Below are positions 18,101-25,506 of a stretch of DNA of 25,506 bases, in pieces (the first letter of the stretch is position 1; each line of letters opens with the position of its first letter). The notes under the pieces were generated by a model that searched no databases, was not told the origin of the DNA, and worked only from the letters and a program-made list of their open reading frames with translations. The stretch is from a virus (lineage: Duplodnaviria; Caudoviricetes): positions 1 to 25,506 of the IMG/VR virus record IMGVR_UViG_3300025392_000591; one strand, given 5' to 3'. Both the position numbers and the translations under genes were made by a program.

Positions 18101-21100
18101 GCTGTAAAGTCTGTAGTGTTTGGACTAGTACCAAATGAAACAATAGCATAGCTATTGCCAATAATAAAGTTACCAGCACTGACTACACTAGATAGCACAC
18201 CTCCAAAGCTAGAGCTAGGTCCTGTAAAGTAAATGTCATTACCAACAGTTAGGTTAGATACAGTACTTAATGTAATTGTACTTGGACTTGCTGTGCTGGC
18301 CACAGTACCAGAAGTTCCTGGATCTGTTGGATACAACAATGTCATCTGTAAATTGTTTTTACCTGCGGCGCCACCTGTTACAACCTGTACAGGGTTGCTG
18401 GTTAGTACAGCAGTTAATACAGCAGTACCTGGAATACTCCATGTCATGCTAGATCCACTACCGCCTACAAGTGTTATAGGTGTAACGCTACCAGGTGTCG
18501 CTCCTACAGTAATTTGATTACCAGCAGTACCGATAACATAATAAGTAGAACCAGATGTAATTCCAGAATCAAAACTTGTTCCACCGAATGTAATTGCTGT
18601 TCCTGCCGAAATACCAGAAACACTATTCAATGTAATACCGTTAGTTGATCCACCGACAGTACTAATAACAGTACCCGATATAGCACTTATGGTAATAGTT
18701 GGCACACTGGTGTAGCCATAACCTGGACTTACAACTGTAACTGTAGAAATACTTCCAGTGGTACTGTTTATAGTACAACTAGCAGTAGCCTGGCTAGTAG
18801 CACCGCCGCCACTGAATGTAATAGTAGGAGCACTAGTATATCCAGAACCACTATTGGTAATAGTTATACTAGCAACTGTAGCTACAATTTGAGCGTTGAT
18901 GGTTGTACCTGTTGGAATCCAAACACTTGGACTTACAGTAAATTGTGTTGTACTATCAATACTTTGAATGATAGTAATTCCACTTGGGTTAGTATTTGTT
19001 GTAATACCAGTAGTATTATTGGTAGGAATAAACGCACCAGTTGTGCTGGTACTGATAACCATACCAACTGCCAAGTTTGTAGTAAATCCACTAACTGCTC
19101 CTACACTAGCACCAACAGATAATCCAGTAGTAGTTCCTATAGTTAAAGCAGTCCCGCCAGGAGTACTACTGATTGTTAAACTAAATCCGCTACTTGTAAG
19201 AACATAATAAGTTGTTCCAGATCCAATATTAGCACCAACAGCACTATTAAACACAATAGTAGCGCCAACAGTTAATGATTGGCTAGTACTTAAGGTAATT
19301 GTTGTTCCTGAACTTGAATTAACAGTAACCGTTGTAGCATTAATGTTAGAACCAGATAGTGTAATCTGTGTTGTATTAAGCACGTTAGTAACTTGATAGT
19401 TACCGTTAAAGTTTGTATTACTATTACCACCAACAGATACTAAACTATCAACTGGAGGATAAGCTAATAAGTTATTGTAAGGAATGTTAAATGTTATTAA
19501 CTTCTGTGTTGTACTACCAGTTAACAATGTATTGCTAACATAGGTCATACCGCCAATACCGGTACCACTAGCGCCAATGTTATTGATAGGATTACTATCT
19601 AATTGTAAGTATCCAGGAACATTATATACACCAAATGTTATTGTAGGTGTTCCTGATAGTGTATTGATAACTGCTCCAGTGAATGTAACTGTTGCTGTCA
19701 CAGTACTTGAACCTGGACTTGTAGTTGTTACAACGCTAGTAACTATCTGTGTACCGTCAAAGTAGACAGTTCCGCCAGAACTAGCAGTAATCAATTGACC
19801 TTTACTAATAGTTCCGCTTACATTGGTTACTACGATACTGTAAGAACCACCACCTAAGTTAGTATATGTTCCAGTACTAAAATTACCTGTAGCAGGGCTT
19901 ACTGGTGTTACATATTGTATAACGCGATGTGTACGACCATTCCAAGCGAATATATAAGTTCCACTATTCATTTGGTTAATGGTGGTAGGATCACTTACTT
20001 GTAGAACACTAATCTTATTGTCACCTAAGTTACTACCTTGAGTAACTGTGCTAAAATAAACTGAACCTACTGGAGTTGTTAAACAAGTTCCATTGAATGT
20101 AATAGTTGTATAGCTAGCACTTGGTGTTGCCGCAGTAACGGTTGATACTTTGTTGCCTCGGAATCCATAACCACCGATAACTTGACCTGCGCTGATAGTA
20201 CCACTAATCGAACTTGTTAATACAACTAGAGATGTTGCTGTACTTAATTGGTAAACAGCAGTGGCACTAGCTTTATAAACAGTTGGGTCAGCATTGGCAA
20301 AGTTACTAGTGTCTACCACAAACAAGTAGTAGGCAAAAGAAGTGTCCATACCTAAAATAGCAGTATGCGCTGGCAATAGTTCGCCAGTTGATTCTGTTAA
20401 GTTATAAGCAATAATACGATAGATCTTGCTTAGGTTATTTTGATATTGTAACGCAGTACTTGGACGAACTGGTCTTACGTTATCAATGTTATAGAACTTG
20501 ATGTTTTGTAGTACACGGATTGTAACAATTTGACCATCATACAATGAATAGGCCAAACCAGCACTAGATGTATTATTGTTACCACTAGTACTTAAACTTA
20601 AATTAAGAACAGTTTGTCCACCAATACTTACACCAGTTTTACTAGCTGAGTTAACCAAGTATCTAACAATACCACCACCAGCTAAGGTGTGGTCAATTTC
20701 TAATTCACTAATGTTATAAGGTATGTAGCTGTAATTAATAACATAGATACTAAGGCTAGTAGGAGTCATGTAACCAGCAAACGACCCTTGCTTATAAACA
20801 CGAGCACTTTGCGCCATGTCTTGTGACATGTTGTTATAGTTTGGTAACTCAGTTACGTCACTACCTGAACCGCGTAGACCATACACACCGTTTGAGTTTG
20901 AACCAGCAACAGAACGAATCTGTCCACCGTTCAATGCCCAATACGCTGTGTAACAGTAGTAGGTAAATGTTGAAACTTGTTCTGTTAGACCAGCGTTAGT
21001 TACAAAAATACCATAACCTAAATCGTTAATCTGTGTAAAGTCGTTAGCCAACATTGACTTGTTACCAGCTGTTTCAAGGTTAATACCAATACCAGCACCA

Positions 21101-24100
21101 CCGCCTGAACTGCCGGTACCATAAACATAGTTTATAGTATTACTAACAATAGTTCCGCGATTGGTTGTGTAGATGTTTGTAAAGTCACTGTTACCAGTAA
21201 TAGTTGGGTTAGTACGTGTAACTGCTCCCCATACGCCAGTGTTTACATAATTGTAAAGTATAGTAATTAAGTTTGAATAAGCAGTAGCTTGTGTACTTGG
21301 ACTTGCTGGTGCTGGTAAAGTAGTTACTTGACTAATGTTGTTACCAGTAGAAACACCGCCAGTGATAGCAGTATTAGATAACAAACCATTTGAAATAACA
21401 TAACTTAATCTTGTATATGCTGTTAAACAAACTGCCAGGTTACCATATGGCAACTGACTTACATTGCCTACCCAGAATGTACTAGCTATATCATAAATTG
21501 CGCTGTTACCGCCATATAAGGCATCATATGTAATAGCGTCAATAACAAAACCAATGTCACGTTGAGATTTAAGACTGCTGTAACCTGTTAATGCTGCCAA
21601 GTTAGCTGTACTGGCAATATAGGCACTGACTTCGTTTTGTAAGAATGCTCTGTTGGCTTGTAGAATTGCCGCCGCTCTTACGTTATCGCTAGTGGCAGTA
21701 CTACCGCTAGGTATTGGGAATTGTAGTGCTGGTATTACACTACTTTGTGTACTACCGCCAGGAATACCGTTATTAATAATATTATTAACAGTAGCAACGG
21801 CAGACTGTATTGCCAAATTGTTTAGAGTAGATATACCATAGCTAGTTATCTGTGTACCAGCATAACTATAGGCATTTACAACTAGAGCTTTGGCCAATGC
21901 TGTTACGCTATAACTTGGTAATAAGAAATATGCTCCAAGTGCTGCACTCTTATAGTTACTGAACAATGTTCCAGTAATTGTTGTACTAGAGAAACCAGTG
22001 TACTTGGTGTTAACACTCCATGTACTACCTGCTCCAGTACTACCACTTAGGTTAGCAGTAATATAAGTGCCAGATGTAACACCACTACCAGTTAAGAACA
22101 TACCTACATAGATAGTACCAGTAACAGTTCCAACGGTTAATGTAGTTCCACTAATAGTGCTAGCCGCCATAGTAGCAGTAGAACTTAATGCCATATCATA
22201 TGTAATGGCTTCAATTAAGTTTTGTTGTAGTGTAGAATATAAGTTAGTTGTTAGTGTAGTACTGCTATAGGCATTTTGTGGATAAAATGGTGTGCTAGTA
22301 TCTAAATTTAGAACAACAGTATAGGTATTACTATTCCAACTTACTACGTTGTTAACTTGATAACGACTACCTAACACATAGTAAGCTGTAGGAGTTTGTG
22401 GAGGACGTACATCTAGACCACTGTTAAACGCACCGGTAACAGTAATTTGATATCCGTTATTGGCAATACCTGTAATTGTACCAAATAGTCGTCCAGCAAA
22501 TCCGTCAATAAACTGTCCGCCAGCAAAACGTTGCTTATTAATACTACCAGAGAAGCTGGCTGATTCTTGAGCATATGGCGACTTAGTTTTGATTTGACCT
22601 TCTGGGTCAAGCACCATCATGAATCCGCCATGTCCTTGACAACTGATTAACTTGATACGTGTAGCATCGTTGGTTAAGAATACGTCAATTAATTTGTTGT
22701 TCAATGCCGTACTATTGATATCTAATGGGTTGGTCAAATAATGACGTCCATAGTTCAATGTGTTGTACATGTGCCAAGAACCAGCAGTATAAGTAGTAAC
22801 TGCTGGGAATGGATACACGATAGTACAGGTCATTGTGTTACCGCTAACAGTAACAATTACGGCCTTACCAGGAGGGCTTACGCCATCATATGAACTTACA
22901 CCACCAGCAACTGCTTCGTTAGTTCCGTCTGTGAATACATAACCAATCCAGTTTGGACTAGCACTACCACTACCCAATGTAATAGTAATAGTTCCAGTTA
23001 GACCACTAATAGTAGCAGTTGTATTAGCTACGCTAGCGTAATCTGTTCCGCTAAAGTTGATTAGACCAATTTGCATTCCATCGATAACTGAGTCACGATA
23101 GAAGAATATTTTACGCCATGGACTTTGACTTACACGATCCAACGGACGAATAATTGTACGACGGAAGTCGTCACCGCTAATTGTTACGTTAGCAGATAAT
23201 TTCAATGGATAGTCTTCGTAGTAAATACCACTTTCAACATACACAGTGATATTTAGGTTATTAACTTGTTCACCAAAGTCAATTAATTCACCAAATGTAA
23301 CATTGGCAGTTGTTAATGTAGCTGTTAATGGTAAACTTAATGTAACAACATTTCCGCTAATAGCTGTGACTAAAGTTCCTCTGCTGATGCCGCTAACGCC
23401 AACACCAGTAACGCCCATACCAACTTTAATAGTATTGATACCATTAAAGTTATTAGTGTAGGTAGTACTGGATACAGTTAAATTAAATGATCCAAGACTA
23501 CCGCTAGCAGTAGTAGCAACAAACCCAAAGAATCCAGGACGAGTCATGTTTACTGTAATAGTATCGTAACTTAAACTTGTACCAGGTGTATAGCTAATAA
23601 TTTGTCCGTATGCGCTACTTTGATTACCTACTAGAATCTTATTAGGAAGAATATGGTTAGCACCAGGCTCGCCTTGGTCTACGAAACCATTACCACCGTT
23701 ATCAATTGTTAATGTATAGTAACCTGTACCAAAACTTGGAGTAGGCGCCGCACCAATACCGTTATTAATAATGCTAATGATAGTATTCATGTTAGCATTA
23801 AATGTAGTAATAGGAGTTGCTGTAAATGTTAGTGTCGTACTAGCACTAGTAGTTCCTGCTGGAGGTGCGCTAATTGTAACTGTATTAGAACTAGTAACTG
23901 CTACAACAGTTACAGGAGTACTGTTAGTAAATCCGCCGCCAGTAACAGCCATACCAGGAACAATATATCCTGTTATGTTAGTTAGAGTAATAGTAGTTGT
24001 TGTATTGCTAACATAAGTTGCTGTGGCAACGTTAGTACCAACAGTAGCATTATATGTACTCTTGTTCACATACTGTGTTACAAGTGTTTGATAACGACTT

Positions 24101-25506
24101 TGTGTTGTTTGGTTTAATACTTGTACAGCCAATTGTTGAGCAAATTGTATACCATCAACAGTTTCAATAAGTTGTGTTCCAATAGCTACAGCTTTGGCAC
24201 TTACATTACTATAGTAGCTCTTACCAGCAGTAATACTTTGATAAGTTCCGTCAGTTAACAAGTCGATAATTTGTCCATCGATAATGTAACCAATGTCTCG
24301 ACTACATGTAGCCTGGTTGTAACTGAATCCCCCACCGAATGTAGTTGCTAGATAACTTACAGTATTCAGAGCAATAGTGTAGCTATTGTTTTCAATAATA
24401 CCAAAAGTACTTTGTAGTCCAGCACTATAGCCGCTAGTAGTTGGATATATTATATTAGTAGCTTGGGTTTGAGTGTTGATAACGCCTGTAACAATTCCAA
24501 ACAAGTTTGTAACAGTAGTAGCTTGTAGAGATCCATCTGGCCAAGTAACATTTTGTGCCTGAGCAGTAATCTTACCAGCAACTGATTGGCTACCTACAGT
24601 ATTATTATTAAAACTTACACTAGTAGTTGTACAGTTAGTAACAGTCCAATAGCCGTTGTATCCTGTTGGAGTCATGCCTTGAACAGTAATAACTTGACCA
24701 ACAGTATAAGGAGCAGTTGCTTGTGCGGCAAATGTTAAGGTAGCAACACTACCGCTACCACTAGCACCTGTTGTAGCAATATAAGCCCCGGTTGTTGGTG
24801 TTACTGTACTATTACTGATAACAGAAGTTACTACGTTTAACGCATGACCCAGACCTTGTACACAGGCTGTAATGTGATTGCTGGCCAATTGAGAAGAACC
24901 ATTAGCAATATATTGGTTGGCAGCTTGAGTAGTTGCGCTATTACCGCCATAAGTCAAGTCGTAAGCAATAGCTTCCAACACGTAGGTCAAATCTCTTGTA
25001 CTAGCAACAGAATCATAACTAACTGAACTGTAGTTAGCATTGATCCACGCATTAGTTTCAGCAGTTATAAATCCTATGTTAGCTAAAATAGCCGCCTGAG
25101 CATGTGCCGCACTACTTGTTATTGTTGACGGATTGCTAAAAGTTGGTGTTGAACGTGAGCTAATACCATTATAAATTAAATTAGTAACAATAGCAAACAG
25201 GCTTGTAATTGTACTTTGTTGTACAGGATCATTGACTACAGAATAGTTGCTTGTAAAATATGTTACAGCACTAGATTGTAAACTAGAAGTTGCCGCTGTA
25301 ATTGCTGACACAGCTGAAGTTAATGACGATGTTACGCCTGTACTAGTAGGATATGTTATTGTTACAGTTGGCTGGCTGGCGCTGTTAACAATATTTTGAA
25401 TTATAGCAATGTTAGCACTGATTGAACTACTAGCTACACTACCGCCACTTAAGGTGTTATTAGCATATTGAATGACACCTGTTTGATATAATGTAGCAAG
25501 AGCATT
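15115..25506 (-). CDS. Giant virion structural protein (tail spike/fibre-like), 5' end outside the window, >3,460 aa
   Basis: The frame stays open from 25311 to 25506 (NALATLYQTGVIQY...). Contains helical RD..Y..DAI.YD...GGN repeats, pectin-lyase-like beta-helix motifs (VYVESGIYYE.YPL...V.I.GD..RRT.IRP), GHDFLDIGTG and TDQNG.FKVG motifs, and a C-terminal YADLAE...GRVPVKV.G.V.KGD.L chaperone-like domain. Confidence 0.9.
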   Translation of the reverse strand, partial: NALATLYQTGVIQYANNTLSGGSVASSSISANIAIIQNIVNSASQPTVTITYPTSTGVTSSLTSAVSAITAATSSLQSSAVTYFTSNYSVVNDPVQQSTITSLFAIVTNLIYNGISSRSTPTFSNPSTITSSAAHAQAAILANIGFITAETNAWINANYSSVSYDSVASTRDLTYVLEAIAYDLTYGGNSATTQAANQYIANGSSQLASNHITACVQGLGHALNVVTSVISNSTVTPTTGAYIATTGASGSGSVATLTFAAQATAPYTVGQVITVQGMTPTGYNGYWTVTNCTTTSVSFNNNTVGSQSVAGKITAQAQNVTWPDGSLQATTVTNLFGIVTGVINTQTQATNIIYPTTSGYSAGLQSTFGIIENNSYTIALNTVSYLATTFGGGFSYNQATCSRDIGYIIDGQIIDLLTDGTYQSITAGKSYYSNVSAKAVAIGTQLIETVDGIQFAQQLAVQVLNQTTQSRYQTLVTQYVNKSTYNATVGTNVATATYVSNTTTTITLTNITGYIVPGMAVTGGGFTNSTPVTVVAVTSSNTVTISAPPAGTTSASTTLTFTATPITTFNANMNTIISIINNGIGAAPTPSFGTGYYTLTIDNGGNGFVDQGEPGANHILPNKILVGNQSSAYGQIISYTPGTSLSYDTITVNMTRPGFFGFVATTASGSLGSFNLTVSSTTYTNNFNGINTIKVGMGVTGVGVSGISRGTLVTAISGNVVTLSLPLTATLTTANVTFGELIDFGEQVNNLNITVYVESGIYYEDYPLKLSANVTISGDDFRRTIIRPLDRVSQSPWRKIFFYRDSVIDGMQIGLINFSGTDYASVANTTATISGLTGTITITLGSGSASPNWIGYVFTDGTNEAVAGGVSSYDGVSPPGKAVIVTVSGNTMTCTIVYPFPAVTTYTAGSWHMYNTLNYGRHYLTNPLDINSTALNNKLIDVFLTNDATRIKLISCQGHGGFMMVLDPEGQIKTKSPYAQESASFSGSINKQRFAGGQFIDGFAGRLFGTITGIANNGYQITVTGAFNSGLDVRPPQTPTAYYVLGSRYQVNNVVSWNSNTYTVVLNLDTSTPFYPQNAYSSTTLTTNLYSTLQQNLIEAITYDMALSSTATMAASTISGTTLTVGTVTGTIYVGMFLTGSGVTSGTYITANLSGSTGAGSTWSVNTKYTGFSSTTITGTLFSNYKSAALGAYFLLPSYSVTALAKALVVNAYSYAGTQITSYGISTLNNLAIQSAVATVNNIINNGIPGGSTQSSVIPALQFPIPSGSTATSDNVRAAAILQANRAFLQNEVSAYIASTANLAALTGYSSLKSQRDIGFVIDAITYDALYGGNSAIYDIASTFWVGNVSQLPYGNLAVCLTAYTRLSYVISNGLLSNTAITGGVSTGNNISQVTTLPAPASPSTQATAYSNLITILYNYVNTGVWGAVTRTNPTITGNSDFTNIYTTNRGTIVSNTINYVYGTGSSGGGAGIGINLETAGNKSMLANDFTQINDLGYGIFVTNAGLTEQVSTFTYYCYTAYWALNGGQIRSVAGSNSNGVYGLRGSGSDVTELPNYNNMSQDMAQSARVYKQGSFAGYMTPTSLSIYVINYSYIPYNISELEIDHTLAGGGIVRYLVNSASKTGVSIGGQTVLNLSLSTSGNNNTSSAGLAYSLYDGQIVTIRVLQNIKFYNIDNVRPVRPSTALQYQNNLSKIYRIIAYNLTESTGELLPAHTAILGMDTSFAYYLFVVDTSNFANADPTVYKASATAVYQLSTATSLVVLTSSISGTISAGQVIGGYGFRGNKVSTVTAATPSASYTTITFNGTCLTTPVGSVYFSTVTQGSNLGDNKISVLQVSDPTTINQMNSGTYIFAWNGRTHRVIQYVTPVSPATGNFSTGTYTNLGGGSYSIVVTNVSGTISKGQLITASSGGTVYFDGTQIVTSVVTTTSPGSSTVTATVTFTGAVINTLSGTPTITFGVYNVPGYLQLDSNPINNIGASGTGIGGMTYVSNTLLTGSTTQKLITFNIPYNNLLAYPPVDSLVSVGGNSNTNFNGNYQVTNVLNTTQITLSGSNINATTVTVNSSSGTTITLSTSQSLTVGATIVFNSAVGANIGSGTTYYVLTSSGFSLTISSTPGGTALTIGTTTGLSVGASVGAVSGFTTNLAVGMVISTSTTGAFIPTNNTTGITTNTNPSGITIIQSIDSTTQFTVSPSVWIPTGTTINAQIVATVASITITNSGSGYTSAPTITFSGGGATSQATASCTINSTTGSISTVTVVSPGYGYTSVPTITISAISGTVISTVGGSTNGITLNSVSGISAGTAITFGGTSFDSGITSGSTYYVIGTAGNQITVGATPGSVTPITLVGGSGSSMTWSIPGTAVLTAVLTSNPVQVVTGGAAGKNNLQMTLLYPTDPGTSGTVASTASPSTITLSTVSNLTVGNDIYFTGPSSSFGGVLSSVVSAGNFIIGNSYAIVSFGTSPNTTDFTAIGATSNTLGLRFVATASGSGQGTAQPIYFIASIASNNITVALTRGGSAITTITTVASVTTTTFYTPSYGYGSSITVTSFTSSVLQASGTYTGQYYVTFAYSGSAQTTGVYYYVAGNSNNLFNGYFYCVASSSNSITLVYTYSPTANGNTYGSGTTTITKEVTSATSSSLGISKPFNINYSTTLRIGYAQNAGGAITVRISTCRATGHDFLDIGTGGFVTSNYPNQIYGNAIIPSDETKQVLEETVGRVFYVTTDQNGIFKVGRFFKVDQGTGTVTFSASIALSNLDGIGFKRGVVVAEFSTDATMTGNAADVVPVQSAIRSFVDYRLGLDYSGSPVPVANLIGPGYLPLSGVLAMKGNLNMSNYTIGNLNMAVSGISQYDGVNRGYVDSLASALNSAYKLADHAIKATGNYNAFSSTPTITITVTNVYGTVVPGMLVTSANNAFTNGQYVTAVSTTPGTIYTGAVVVATLSASYNGSTPSGVITFTNQANGNFLVYDSTFSQWTNIAPPTGTANNNQVSITYTHGTPGYLTATIQSSVVIDSMVSASAAIQQSKLNLQAAGTIASAPGAFTQSSLGLSAFSSSVFTTTNGWVDLLSSSSTSTGIQLSKLAYMSSGYVLGNRSGSAASPGLITPANVVTDGDGIKNALFTSNGAMTVAGNGTNNTYSVTPITTAGGANSLVKTDNSGNISAGSTYYIGGQRFVGVSGSTVTYYTPGQATAVTISDSPSSPTTTASGTLVASGTLQVATIVSGSAVSNTGTLGGQWSLTSQSTFNASAGTLQSTNLTTGSAGTSGSFTGLWTFNQHVTIEGVTTTGSTGSGKLVFATSPTISNPTVSGSITTTTITAGSEATSGTIYGQWSLGNSSTLQASYADLAEFYEGDQDYEPGTVLVFGGDKEVTTTSVINDTRSAGVVTTNPAYVMNKDQTGIKVCIALAGRVPVKVVGRVKKGDMLTTSATPGYAVKALNPTLGAIIGKALEDKDYGEAGVIQVAVGRV

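Noticed and set aside
25309-25311. GTG start of the giant protein at 25311
   Set aside because: The frame is open to the window edge, so the true start lies outside.

Overview
AT-rich segment of a large (probably jumbo, distantly T4-like) myophage of a Gram-negative host. Almost all genes lie on the minus strand. From right to left: a giant virion protein (>3,460 aa, truncated at the window edge) with a C-terminal intramolecular-chaperone-like domain; two small proteins with a T4 gp9/gp10-like N-terminal motif; a tail fibre; an Ig-repeat baseplate-like protein; a truncated DNA polymerase III alpha (DnaE)-like fragment; GroES; an RFC/gp44-like clamp loader; a deletion scar; DUF2061; phoH (the only plus-strand gene); two conserved hypotheticals; a lysis cassette; and the start of a DnaJ gene. 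The cassette is GH19 endolysin, i-spanin, o-spanin, a second GH19 with a capsid-targeting-like N-terminus, a holin with an FG-repeat tail, and a small secreted cationic peptide. Regulatory signals are clear: near-consensus sigma70 promoters precede replication/chaperone genes (two sit inside terminator-like hairpins), and TAAATA late-type motifs precede structural/lysis genes. The most notable items are a switch-like RNA leader on phoH, the expanded lysis cassette, the hairpin-promoter overlaps, a split DnaE and nested domain insertions in the tail proteins. All family assignments come from motif recognition; no database search was run.
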